A stretch of DNA of 64,000 nucleotides from the IMG/VR virus record IMGVR_UViG_3300036791_000540; one strand, written 5' to 3'. The notes beneath the pieces are model-generated. The model was not told the DNA's origin. It did not search any database and worked only from the letters and a program-made list of their open reading frames with translations. This DNA is from an uncultured virus (IMG/VR IMGVR_UViG_3300036791_000540) (Duplodnaviria; Heunggongvirae; Uroviricota; Caudoviricetes). Positions 54,630 through 64,000 of the stretch are shown one piece after another (positions within the stretch are counted from its first letter, which is position 1; each line of letters opens with the position of its first letter). The position numbers and the translations under genes are program-made.

Positions 54630-56606
54630 TTATTCTGTTGTTTGATACAAAGGCGCTGTGCCTGTGTTAGGGTTCACATCAGCCCATAGCGCGGCGGTTC
54701 CCGTGATCACGTTGCTTTTGTAATCCATCGATTCCGCGTCGATGATGTAAGGAGTCTTTGGCGGCGGCGCGATCACGTTGATCCCAGCCATGTCCACGAA
54801 TCTGTCGCTCGTCTCGTCCGCTTCGGCGATGCCTTCCACTTCCTGTTCTTCCGCATCGAAATAGAACCGCACATTCGAGATCGACATCTGCCCAGTCCAT
54901 TGCAACAGAAGTGAAAACCCGTAATCTTTCTGGCGCGGAAACGGTACGTTGGCGCTGGTCTGCACCCCCTGATAAACATCGTCGCCAGTGTTCGGCCCAG
55001 TGTAAGTCTTGGCCTCCGAGATTGTCCGCACCACGCGCGATTGCGGTCGGGTTGCGTCAAATATAAACGGCGGATTGAGCGGATCGCCCATTGCTATCAT
55101 CGTCATGGGGTTCTGGATTATCCAGTCTGACGCGATGATGTGCTTTCGCAGGATCACTTTGTAACCGCCCCGCCTCGGCGCGTAGCTCACCGTCAAATCG
55201 ACCTCGCCTTCAACGTTATCCAAATAAATCTCGGCGAGCCGGAAATACTTGTAGTTGCCGTCGTAACCGACCAGCTTCGTTTCCATCGAACAGCCGATGT
55301 CTTTGCGGATACGATTCAATTGCGTGTCTACGGAATAGTCCGCCCGCGCTCCTGTGACAGCTTCCCAGACGTTGTTCTGGCCGTTATAATCTCTCGATAT
55401 GCAGAACGTCCTTTGTACCCCATTGATCGCTTTCGTCACCCATTGGACTGGCCTCACTCCCTCCCACACAGCGCTCCAACTTGGCAGCCCGAAATAGCCC
55501 CAGTAGGTCAGCACATCCAAAGGCGCTTCATCCATGACCCATGTGTGCGCGTTGTAAATGTCGCCGCTCGGCGCGCTGATAAAGAGCAGGTTCTCGAAAG
55601 CGCCAAGCGCAATGTTCTTTTTAAACCCAGTGGAGATGTTGCCCTTGCTCCACTGCATCTCCCGATCTCGATATGTGATCTTAGAACTCTGGAAAGCTCT
55701 TATGCCTTCATCGAGGCTCATCAGGCCGTCATGGCTGTACCACCATTTCATGCCCCATTGCGTTGTTATGGCGAAGCCGCCGACACACCCGATCCCAGAA
55801 AAAAGCACCGCCTGAAAACCCTGCTGCTGGCCCCATTGCGTCCTGTCGATCAAACTGCTCATCAACGTCGATGTCGTGTTGTCCGTGAACACAAGCAGGT
55901 TCCGAAAATCGAACGTGTTAGCCATCCCCGTGATGTTGGCTGAGAACGCCAGAAAACCGCCTTCCTCGAGCAAATCTTCCTCTGTAAATTTGATCGGGTT
56001 AAGAAGGTTCGACGCTCTTACCCTGTTCCCGTTACTCACCCAGTAGCGGTTCCCGCTCCATTCCGCCCACAGTCCTACTGGCGTCTCGCTCGGGCCGCCG
56101 AAAGGGATTTTCTTGGCCGGATTAAGATGTCGCCCGATTGTCCCGTCAAACATTCCAGCTGGAGAAACGCCGTCCTGAATGATCAGCATCGGCACTGGAT
56201 CTATGTCAGTCAGGTTCCCAAGGGCGTCCTCGGTCACGCTCTGGATGCAACTGGTGAACACGACTGGCCCAGTTCCCTGAAATGACAACTGGCTCATCCA
56301 TGACCAGTCGCCTTCGAACGGGTATTTCAGGTACAGTATGACTGTATCCACGGCGATCACCAGATATGTAATGTTCTTCTTGTCTGTGAACACCGTCAGC
56401 CCGCGTGGCGCGCCGTAGTGATATGTACCGCGAAACGTGACTGGGATCGCGCTCACCCCGGGGCGGGTTCTGATTATCCCGCCGCGATTGGTGACGTTTA
56501 CGCCCCATCGGTAAAAGCTTTTCTGCACCTGCGTCGCTTCCAGATAACTGTCAACGCCCTTTCCCCACGGCCCGTCTTCGACTGGTGGAAGCAGGGTTGC
56601 GGGCAT
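54630..56606 (-). CDS. tail nozzle / head-closure protein (P22 gp10, T7 gp12-like)
   Basis: N-terminal GV..., N...RGG...TRPG; IGC; beta-propeller-like 658 aa. Confidence 0.7.
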   Translation of the reverse strand: MPATLLPPVEDGPWGKGVDSYLEATQVQKSFYRWGVNVTNRGGIIRTRPGVSAIPVTFRGTYHYGAPRGLTVFTDKKNITYLVIAVDTVILYLKYPFEGDWSWMSQLSFQGTGPVVFTSCIQSVTEDALGNLTDIDPVPMLIIQDGVSPAGMFDGTIGRHLNPAKKIPFGGPSETPVGLWAEWSGNRYWVSNGNRVRASNLLNPIKFTEEDLLEEGGFLAFSANITGMANTFDFRNLLVFTDNTTSTLMSSLIDRTQWGQQQGFQAVLFSGIGCVGGFAITTQWGMKWWYSHDGLMSLDEGIRAFQSSKITYRDREMQWSKGNISTGFKKNIALGAFENLLFISAPSGDIYNAHTWVMDEAPLDVLTYWGYFGLPSWSAVWEGVRPVQWVTKAINGVQRTFCISRDYNGQNNVWEAVTGARADYSVDTQLNRIRKDIGCSMETKLVGYDGNYKYFRLAEIYLDNVEGEVDLTVSYAPRRGGYKVILRKHIIASDWIIQNPMTMIAMGDPLNPPFIFDATRPQSRVVRTISEAKTYTGPNTGDDVYQGVQTSANVPFPRQKDYGFSLLLQWTGQMSISNVRFYFDAEEQEVEGIAEADETSDRFVDMAGINVIAPPPKTPYIIDAESMDYKSNVITGTAALWADVNPNTGTAPLYQTTE

Positions 56607-56609
56607 GGC

Positions 56610-58619
56610 TCAAGAAACGATGAAGTTTGAGTTCCAACCGCAATCTTCGTCGAACTGCAGCTGGAACGTTTCCCCGGGATTACGCGCCTTCTGGTCTTCA
56701 TCCAGAAATTTCATCGCCTTGTCCTCGATTACTTGCGCCCCCGCCGCGTCGGTCTCGAGCGCCTTTAGCGAGCGCACCATGGTGATGATCGACAGCCGCG
56801 AATACAGGTGCAGCGGTTGCCACACGCTCGTTATTTTGTAAGTCCGTTTCCGATATCGCATCCGCACCCATTTGGCGTCTATTGGCAGTTTGATCCTGAA
56901 ATATTGCGGCTCTGTTTCGTCTGGGTAGTAATATCCCAGCAGCACAGAAGTGGTCTGCTGCTGCGCGTCATACGCGTATAAATGCACGAAATTGCTCGTG
57001 GCTTGCCGTGTTATCCGCTCAATCCGCGCGATCTGCTGGTCACTGTCTATGTCTGGGATCAGTTTGTTGTGATCTACCACCAGCGTAAACCCGTCCGCGC
57101 CGTCCGCGCCGATTATCCGTTTCCCGTTCTGGTCGTATCCGTAGATCCGCATCGTTTTCCCGTCGTCATTAATTGAGTCCGGGATCGCCACCAGCTGTGA
57201 CACCGCGTTAATCGGATTTATCGTGACCACTTGACCGACCGAATCCCAAGCGTGGATCTGGCCCCAGCGGCCCGACCCGCCGAAGCCATACCACGACCCG
57301 AAATTCATCCCGGCCATCCATTGCCCGCCGTATTCGTCCGAGCCCGGGCCGTTCAAATGGAATTCTGCCCATTTGTTCCGCATGTAAGCTGGTCGCCCGT
57401 TTATCGATATCGCCACGGGCGCATCCACGAACCTCGGCAACGTCACGTACCGATACCCGCTTACCACGATGTCGACGTAACCAGTCAGGCCGTCGTAGTG
57501 CCCTTTGGCGCAAAGCGCTTCCAGAGCTGTCGTAGTCGCGTCAAAGACCTTGAATTGGCCTACGTTCCCCAAGATTTTTGCGATATCATCGAAAACATCC
57601 AGCATTATCACCGAATCCCGGTTGTAAATCTGGTAATTCCGCGCCGCTTGGCTCTCTGTGTTGTTCGCCAGCTCTATAAACCCTGTCGTGGCGCGCTGCG
57701 CGTCCGTGGTTATCTCTACCGCAGCGTCTGCGGACGCTTTCGCGGTCTCGAAATCTTTCCGGCGCAACGCCTGAATCGCCTGCACCATCGTCAGGAACCC
57801 AAGCTCGCTCTGGATCGGGATGAAATCGTCTAGCGACACGATCTTGAACACTTTTCGACGAAACAGAAAACGCGCCGTTACACCAGTCTTGCTCAGCCTG
57901 AGCATCCTGTATCGCGGATTTGTTTCCTGCGCGAAATACGTTGCCATCAATGTCGGCGGCCCCAGAGGTGTCACTCCAACCGTGACTGGCAACCCGTCGT
58001 CACCCGTGACAGGTTGCCCGTCATCTCCTGTCACCACTTCATCTGACTCAATCGATTGAGCATAAAAAAGGTTCACGCTCTGTTGCGTCACGTCTTTGTT
58101 GACCTCGGTCAGTTTTCCGTATCTATATATAGAAGAGACCCACTGCGTCGGATCGATCACCAGTGTTTCTTTGCGCTCGACGTTGTCCAAGGTCATCCCT
58201 TGGAGCAGGATCTTTTTCCCGTTATCGACCGTTGACGGCGCTACCGCGACCGCGAACCCAAACGTGTTCGGTGGCGGCGGGATTATTGACGTTGGCACGA
58301 ACCCGCGATCTTCCCACGAGTAATCTACCCGGTCATTCCCGGGCGCGCTCCCAAACCCGTTCAGCGTGAATTCAAAAAGCCGATCTTTTGAGAACGCTGG
58401 GATATCGTCCAGCGTGAATTTCAACGGCGTATCAACTTGCCACGGCAGAATGACAATGTTGTCCGTTTGGACTGGCAGATCTACATAGCCCTTTAATATG
58501 TCCCAGTCGCCTTTGGCCGCTAGATATTCGCTCGCACGCGTGCACGCCCTGAACACATGCGTCTGATCGTTCGTCCCAAGGTACTCACTGGCCTCGGCAT
58601 AAATATCGTTGACACGCAA
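56610..58619 (-). CDS. head-tail adaptor protein built of two tandem homologous halves
   Basis: L.AKG..D.L.GYVD...V.LP..VD.P...EF.LNG.G occurs twice. Confidence 0.65.
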   Translation of the reverse strand: MRVNDIYAEASEYLGTNDQTHVFRACTRASEYLAAKGDWDILKGYVDLPVQTDNIVILPWQVDTPLKFTLDDIPAFSKDRLFEFTLNGFGSAPGNDRVDYSWEDRGFVPTSIIPPPPNTFGFAVAVAPSTVDNGKKILLQGMTLDNVERKETLVIDPTQWVSSIYRYGKLTEVNKDVTQQSVNLFYAQSIESDEVVTGDDGQPVTGDDGLPVTVGVTPLGPPTLMATYFAQETNPRYRMLRLSKTGVTARFLFRRKVFKIVSLDDFIPIQSELGFLTMVQAIQALRRKDFETAKASADAAVEITTDAQRATTGFIELANNTESQAARNYQIYNRDSVIMLDVFDDIAKILGNVGQFKVFDATTTALEALCAKGHYDGLTGYVDIVVSGYRYVTLPRFVDAPVAISINGRPAYMRNKWAEFHLNGPGSDEYGGQWMAGMNFGSWYGFGGSGRWGQIHAWDSVGQVVTINPINAVSQLVAIPDSINDDGKTMRIYGYDQNGKRIIGADGADGFTLVVDHNKLIPDIDSDQQIARIERITRQATSNFVHLYAYDAQQQTTSVLLGYYYPDETEPQYFRIKLPIDAKWVRMRYRKRTYKITSVWQPLHLYSRLSIITMVRSLKALETDAAGAQVIEDKAMKFLDEDQKARNPGETFQLQFDEDCGWNSNFIVS

Positions 58620-58623
58620 GGCT

Positions 58624-59091
58624 TCACTCCTCTTCGCCAGTATCTCCCATCAATTTTTTCATCGCGGTTTCATCGTCCGATGGCTTCGATTTCGGTTCCG
58701 CTTTCTTGTAGCTCCTTATCGGCCTGATCTTCTGTATGTGCATCTCCACTTCATGCCGCGTCTTGCCCTTGTGCCGACCGTGCTCAGGCGTGTGCACACG
58801 ACGCGACGTAACTTTGTGATGAATTATCGAGCGCCCTTCATCGGGTATCTTCGATAACGCCTCGTCACCGCTCAAACTCACGCTCGGGTATATCGGCCCG
58901 CTCGGCGGCGCTGCCCCGCCCCCAGTGGGCATGTCCGCCATCCCCGGGCTCGGCCCTTCCGGTTGCTGCCCCAGATCGATGTCGCCACCTCCGCCACCGC
59001 CCATCCCACCGTCAGCGCCGCCTGCGCCCCCACCCGGCATCGGTGGTGGTACTCCGCCCCCTTGATAGCCTTCTCCGTTTTTCCTGCTCAT
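58624..59091 (-). CDS. hypothetical protein with N-terminal YQGGGV motif
   Basis: GAGGAGG upstream; 155 aa. Confidence 0.65.
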   Translation of the reverse strand: MSRKNGEGYQGGGVPPPMPGGGAGGADGGMGGGGGGDIDLGQQPEGPSPGMADMPTGGGAAPPSGPIYPSVSLSGDEALSKIPDEGRSIIHHKVTSRRVHTPEHGRHKGKTRHEVEMHIQKIRPIRSYKKAEPKSKPSDDETAMKKLMGDTGEEE

Positions 59092-59114
59092 TCTTTCCTC
59101 CTCTTTTGTTTGCT

Positions 59115-59729
59115 TTACGGAAGTTCTACCGCCGTAGTCGTCAGCAGCAGCCCTCGGACGCTTCCACTGGCACTGGAAGCTACAAGTTCCAAGTCAAACC
59201 AGTAAGGCGCGCCCACCGTCAATCCCGACACCACGCCGCTAAGGGACAATGGCGTCCCGCTGGCGTTTGGTGATGTTACCCCAGTCCCGCCCACTGGAGT
59301 TCCGCTCGGCGCTGCGCCGTAAACTGGCGGCGCTCCCCCGCCCCAGTGCATTATTGCTTCAGCGTCCGCAACGCTCGCAAGCAGTGTCCCTGCTATCGTC
59401 ACAAGAACCTTGCCGCTTGCACTGGGCGTTATCGTTTGCCCAACGCCAAGTCCAAGCATTATTCCAACTGTGCTGGATGTGGCTACTGGATTGGCTTGCG
59501 CCGTCTGCAAACTGGCGTAAGCAACTACTGCAGCTGCCGACGGCGGACCTATTAACGCCCATGCCGTCGGACTCGCGCTCGTCAGTCGAAAGTATTGCCC
59601 CGTGTCCTGCTGGTAGCTTACACGCCCAATGTCGCCAGCTACAAACCCTGTCGCCGCGAGCCGTGCCGCTGCGTTGGCGTAAACAAAGCTCTCCAGTATA
59701 TGTTCTTGTCGTAAGTCCTGATGCCTCAT
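59115..59729 (-). CDS. virion appendage protein
   Basis: A...ARLA......D.G...YQ.D N-module; C-domain paralogous to 20390..21289. Confidence 0.7.
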   Translation of the reverse strand: MRHQDLRQEHILESFVYANAAARLAATGFVAGDIGRVSYQQDTGQYFRLTSASPTAWALIGPPSAAAVVAYASLQTAQANPVATSSTVGIMLGLGVGQTITPSASGKVLVTIAGTLLASVADAEAIMHWGGGAPPVYGAAPSGTPVGGTGVTSPNASGTPLSLSGVVSGLTVGAPYWFDLELVASSASGSVRGLLLTTTAVELP

Positions 59730-59758
59730 GGTATTTGTCTTCCTTCTTTTTTTTTGGC

Positions 59759-60610
59759 CTATGGCCCAACCGTTACGTTCAACCCGTCATCCCCTGTTAT
59801 TGGCAACCCATCATCTCCTGTCACCACTTCCCCACCCGGGGCTGGCGGCGCTTGCACAAAAATTATGGCCGAATTTTGGTAGCCAATTTTCGCTCCATAC
59901 ACGTATCCCACCTGTCCGCTATACAAATTAAACTGGAACGGGCTAGCCAACGGTTGAAAACCGCCGCCACTATTGTTCACACTGTAAAAGAGAGCTACCC
60001 CAGTCAGACTTTCTGCCGCCGTCACCTGATATATCGATTCGTTGGCTGGCCCGCTCGTTGGCGCGCCTATACTCAACACCGGGTTTGGCACAAATGGTTC
60101 ATACGGATACGGGTTCCCGCCCATTCCACCGCTCGGTGCTGGCCTGTAACTCATGTCACGCCCCAAATAATCCGTCGGGTTACCGCTCGGCCCCGGGTCT
60201 GGCACCAGCCCCGGTTGATGTCCCGCTCCTACGCCTACCGCAAACGGCAGTACCCCAAAGGGTATCGGCGGTATCACTCCCGGGCCCGCTGGCACGTCGC
60301 TCGCCCACCCTACCGTTATTACCCCGCTATCTGTCACCGGACTCCCAACCACACTGAATTGCAGTGGCATCCCCAGCCCTACGCTCGTTACCGTCCCGAA
60401 ATTCGCGCAGTTCAATATCCTGAACCCAGCCATGTCCAGATCGCTCTGGGCAAACGCATCTAGTAACGCCGTTCGTCCCATAAAGGTCTCTTCTACAAAA
60501 TAAAATTCTTCATCTGTCACCGCAGTAACAATGGCAATAGCACCAACACTGCCGTTCCAACCGCCAGAAGCGCAATCTTGATCCTTGTTCTTGTAGCCGT
60601 TTTCATCCAA
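59759..60610 (-). CDS. virion structural protein
   Basis: GTVTSVGL.MP fibre module, GLVP.P, C-terminal TGDDG repeats; start uncertain. Confidence 0.65.
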   Translation of the reverse strand: MDENGYKNKDQDCASGGWNGSVGAIAIVTAVTDEEFYFVEETFMGRTALLDAFAQSDLDMAGFRILNCANFGTVTSVGLGMPLQFSVVGSPVTDSGVITVGWASDVPAGPGVIPPIPFGVLPFAVGVGAGHQPGLVPDPGPSGNPTDYLGRDMSYRPAPSGGMGGNPYPYEPFVPNPVLSIGAPTSGPANESIYQVTAAESLTGVALFYSVNNSGGGFQPLASPFQFNLYSGQVGYVYGAKIGYQNSAIIFVQAPPAPGGEVVTGDDGLPITGDDGLNVTVGP

Positions 60611-61085
60611 CCACCTGCACTAACGCCATGAACCTGTAGTTAGGACTGTCTAAGAGCGCGTTCAGTTGTATCACCAACAAACTCGTGGACATGTTCACTA
60701 CCGTGAAACTCAATCCAGTCAGCGGACTCGCGTCTACGAAATTTGTTATCATCGGCCCTGAGAGCAGCAGTACCGGACTCACTTTCTCTACCGCAAACGG
60801 AATTATCATGTCCTGCACTCCCTCCGGCATCGTGTAATTTATAAGTTCTCCATACATCGTCGCCGGTATCGGCAACACCGGTTTCAACACCTGACACCAA
60901 CCAGCCTCCGTCACAGGCGCAAATGGCATCCAGTTCGCTCCCATTATTGCGCTGCTCACAAACGGACTCGGCGTCTGTTGTAACGGTGGCGCTACCGCAC
61001 TGAACGGCAGGTATATCGGCGGACTCCCATACGGATTCGGCGGCAACGACCTTTTGCCTGCTTTCGCGGCGGAATTTTGTTTCAT
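60603..61085 (-). CDS. hypothetical structural protein
   Basis: First gene after the promoter TTGACA-17-TAGGAA (61124-61096). Confidence 0.55.
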   Translation of the reverse strand: MKQNSAAKAGKRSLPPNPYGSPPIYLPFSAVAPPLQQTPSPFVSSAIMGANWMPFAPVTEAGWCQVLKPVLPIPATMYGELINYTMPEGVQDMIIPFAVEKVSPVLLLSGPMITNFVDASPLTGLSFTVVNMSTSLLVIQLNALLDSPNYRFMALVQVVG

Positions 61086-61133
61086 CCCGCCACCCTTCCT
61101 ACTACCCACCCATGGTAGTGTCAAGCCCTTCGC

Positions 61134-61580
61134 CTACACTACCCCTCGAAACATGCCCCACGGCACATGATAAACTTTGTCCGCTTTTTCTATCCTGTCC
61201 TTCCTCCTCTGTTCACTCACACTGTAATATCCTCTCCCCACCACCGCGCTCCTTATATCACCCAAAAAACTTATTATCAGCACCGCTTTTAGTTCTCTCC
61301 CTCTCTTCGCTCGCCTCTCTATCTCCGCCCACATCCCTTCCAATTTCCATACGTCTATCGTGTAATCCGGATATATTTTCCCAAACCCGTTCCCCCTCCA
61401 TTTCACTTCCCCTATCCCTATCACCCGCCCCTTCATTATCTCCGCATCCCAGCCCCACCCCGGTAACATCATCTGCCCACTAAATCCTTTCGCTTCACAA
61501 TATATCCGCAATATTTCAAATTCCCGCTCCCGGTCACTCTTCTTCTCGTGCCACACTTTCTGATCCCGGTATTCCATCAA
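61134..61580 (-). CDS. possible PD-(D/E)XK nuclease
   Basis: WDAEI.....IGEVKWR. Confidence 0.45.
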   Translation of the reverse strand: MMEYRDQKVWHEKKSDREREFEILRIYCEAKGFSGQMMLPGWGWDAEIMKGRVIGIGEVKWRGNGFGKIYPDYTIDVWKLEGMWAEIERRAKRGRELKAVLIISFLGDIRSAVVGRGYYSVSEQRRKDRIEKADKVYHVPWGMFRGVV

Positions 61581-61593
61581 TGTGATCTCATTT

Positions 61594-61736
61594 GCGGGAG
61601 GGGGGGTAATTTTTCCCTGAAAAAAAGGAGCCGGTTTTCTCTGTAAAATTTTCCCACATCAACACTGAGGGCGCGCGGGGGGCGACGTGGTCGGCCATGG
61701 CGGGGGGGTGGGGGTGCCCCTTAGCCCGCCATGGGG
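61594..61736. other. G-tract / inverted-repeat region, candidate packaging or terminus site
   Basis: Long G runs; CCATGGCGGG / CCCGCCATGG inverted repeat; strand skew flips across it. Confidence 0.45.
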
Positions 61737-62194
61737 ATGGTCTCCCTCCTTTACGCAGGCCGCGTAAGAACGCTCCATGCGCTCTACGCCCGCTCTATGC
61801 GCCGGATGCGATCCTCGAGACAAAGCCATGGCATAACATCAGACAATCAAACTAATATAAAGTCGCGTAGCGCTGATCCTGAAGGACTTACGCAAGATTG
61901 CATACATTCCAGACGTTTCCAGACCCCATAGTCGCAACGCCTATGGATCGCGCATAGGTTGAGCCTATCGCTTCGCCGCGAGTTGTTACGCTCATTGCGG
62001 GTTGGACACATCTGGTGCCAATCTTGTCCCACTGGCTCGATCCGGCCCGGGCCCAATATTTGTGCGCTCGCGCGGCCCGCGTCGGTGTGCATGGAAGCGA
62101 AAGGCGAGATGGCCTTGGCCGATCCACGAGTTATCGCGATTAGCGATTTGGATGACGTCCTGAGCGGTGAGATGACATTTTGGATAGCGAGCTT

Positions 62195-62449
62195 TCACGG
62201 GTGGAATCGGAGCGGGAAAGGATCGGTAGCGAAAGTGAAACCGCGATAACCGCAATTGAAATGGAGCTGGTCGAGAGCGTGTTGAGCGAAGAGGAAATCG
62301 ACTTGGTAAGGGGCGTTGATCCAGTGTGGGTTGACGCGAGGATTGGGTGTAACGCGTTTGGAAGGCAGCTGGCTGGGCTTGTGATGGAGACCGAGAGCGA
62401 AGGCAGCAGCGGCGAGAGTGGCGCGTTTGATGAAAGAACGGCGGAGCAT
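62195..62449 (-). CDS. small protein with twin-arginine-like N-terminus
   Basis: MLRRSFIKRATLAAAAFALG. Confidence 0.45.
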   Translation of the reverse strand: MLRRSFIKRATLAAAAFALGLHHKPSQLPSKRVTPNPRVNPHWINAPYQVDFLFAQHALDQLHFNCGYRGFTFATDPFPLRFHP

Positions 62450-62459
62450 GTGAGAGCGA

Positions 62460-62663
62460 TTAGCGGGTTTTGTCGTTTTCACCGAGACGAGAATAGAGCT
62501 GGCGCAATTCGGAGCTATATTTCTCGAGGTTCTGGATATTGGTTGTGACGTTGAGCAATTGCTTGGTAACGAAGCGACAGACGCGGATGACGCCGATGGC
62601 ATAGCCGAGGGCGAAACTGAACGCGCAGCAGGCGAAGAGGATCATTCCATCGGACACAGTCAT
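62460..62663 (-). CDS. small membrane protein
   Basis: N-terminal hydrophobic helix. Confidence 0.45.
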   Translation of the reverse strand: MTVSDGMILFACCAFSFALGYAIGVIRVCRFVTKQLLNVTTNIQNLEKYSSELRQLYSRLGENDKTR

Positions 62664-62968
62664 TATTGTTTTAATTTACGTCTGGCAACCAATTGGCGAG
62701 CCCACGCTTGTCGGCGCTTGATATCTTTGTATTTGCGTGTGTGCGGGCCAGCTTGAGCTGCGGCATAGCGCAGCCACGCTTTATCGGACTTAGTGTCCCA
62801 GACGATCATAGAACGCAGCACGCGCGGGTTCATTTGCCTAGTAGAAATCGCCGTCGCGTTCTTGATGGCGATCAGGGCACGAATATCTATCGCAAACGGC
62901 CCAGATCCAGAGGGCGAGGACGCAGAGCCAGATGATGGAAGCGATGGCGAGGATTTTGAGGAACAAGA

Positions 62969-63202
62969 TCACGATGAAAGATTGGGTTGAGGCGCGTGCT
63001 TGATCATGGCTTGAGCGAAATAAGTGCGGAACTGGACAGGTGAAATATCAGTTGGAGGGACGGCTGGATCGCGGGAATATTCGTCGAAAGAAATGAGACC
63101 GCCGGTTGGTTCCCAATCATGGCGCAATTCATTATTAACCATAGCTTCGAGGCTGGATAGGGCGTGCGCGGATATGATCTGGTATTGCAATGGGGACGTC
63201 AC
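62969..63202 (-). CDS. DUF1737-like protein
   Basis: Y.II......L...VN..L...W...GG...QAM. Confidence 0.6.
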   Translation of the reverse strand: MTSPLQYQIISAHALSSLEAMVNNELRHDWEPTGGLISFDEYSRDPAVPPTDISPVQFRTYFAQAMIKHAPQPNLSS

Positions 63203-63371
63203 TCCTCGGTTTTTACATGATGTTGCGTTTGTTCCGCTAAATGCTCAAGAACCAAAAGCCAGTACCTGCGTTCGCCATCGGCAATGGCGCGCTGGACTCG
63301 CAGAGCGTCAGCGCGCGTGATCCCAAGCATACGCGGAGTAATCCTGACGGGTTTGGGTTTGCGCTTATGTC

Positions 63372-63614
63372 TCACGAGAGCGTCCCCTTGGCCGGTTCAA
63401 ACCAATCGCTGCAATATTGATCTGCTGGGTGCGGCAATTTAGGTGTGCCATGCCAAGCGATGAAATGTTTGTTGGCGCAATTCTTATGATCCACTGATAC
63501 GTAACGGCAAGTGGCGCAGCTTGAGCCGCCCTTTGGGACTTGCATAGCGGGGCGATGATCCTCCGGATACGTCGGCTCAGGCGTTTTGATCCGGGCACTG
63601 TCGCGCAACGGCAT
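63372..63614 (-). CDS. small four-Cys protein
   Basis: CATCRY...C...YCSDWF; TTGACA at 63654-63649 upstream. Confidence 0.55.
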   Translation of the reverse strand: MPLRDSARIKTPEPTYPEDHRPAMQVPKGGSSCATCRYVSVDHKNCANKHFIAWHGTPKLPHPADQYCSDWFEPAKGTLS

Positions 63615-63733
63615 GGCGAGAGAAGCAATAGCACGACCGGGATTAGGGTGTCAAGATACGTTCAAGCGAACACGGGTAAAATAATTGAAAATAGTTTGAG
63701 CATTTATGCACAGCTGGTGTCTATTGTTGGCAC

Positions 63734-64000
63734 ATGCAAGATTCACCAGACTTAAACAGTTTCCGCTGGATAGTGGTTAATTCATCCGGCGGCAAAGATT
63801 CTCAGACCGCTCTGCGCTACGTCGTAGGGCAATGCGATGCCCTCGGGATCAGCAGAGATCGCATCGTTGTCTCTCACCAGTGCTTGGGCCGCGTTGAATG
63901 GAAAGGCACCTTGGATCTCGTCAAAGCGCAGGCCGCTCACTACGGGCTCCGCTTGGAAGTCACCAAATATCGCACCGCCAAGGGTGAAGAGATCGATTTG
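63734..64000 (+). CDS. PAPS-reductase-family PP-loop protein (truncated by window end)
   Basis: Translated by hand: MQDSPDLNSFRWIVVNSSGGKDSQTAL...H..LG..EW. Confidence 0.8.
   Translation, partial: MQDSPDLNSFRWIVVNSSGGKDSQTALRYVVGQCDALGISRDRIVVSHQCLGRVEWKGTLDLVKAQAAHYGLRLEVTKYRTAKGEEIDL

Noticed and set aside
59249..60463. 404-aa + strand ORF
   Set aside because: Antisense to two structural genes; Arg/Ser/Pro-rich shadow composition
1..64000. Host assignment
   Set aside because: Nothing in the sequence alone fixes the host; needs homology or spacer matches

Overview
The window is most of one tailed-phage genome with podovirus-like organisation. No rRNA, tRNA, CRISPR array or integrase was recognised. 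Left to right: small + strand accessory genes with a SAM methyltransferase (0.1-3.1 kb); a minus-strand replication/recombination arm (DnaB-N/AAA helicase with iteron-like repeats, PD-(D/E)XK nuclease, RecT-like, ParB-like, VRR-NUC; 3.4-15.4 kb); a small + strand cassette; and a long minus-strand late region. In transcription order the late region runs: tail adaptor/nozzle, ejection proteins including a 2620-aa polyvalent protein, terminase, portal, a Tad1-like anti-defence protein, scaffold, major capsid, fibres, lysis. A G-tract/strand-skew switch near 61.7 kb may mark the packaging site. The most unusual observations are: (i) a short [YFML]xxGGx[VI] motif reused across at least six otherwise dissimilar proteins, once exactly at a domain junction; (ii) a GNAT-like gene and a PP-loop enzyme interleaved with two paralogous MGS[IL]FGGGGGGS pilot proteins; (iii) repeated LMP linkers separating modules of the giant protein; (iv) an HNH gene flanked by a recoded duplicate of its neighbour's N-terminus; (v) a shared operator-like motif and structured RNA leaders. 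All calls come from reading motifs by eye; no database searches were run.
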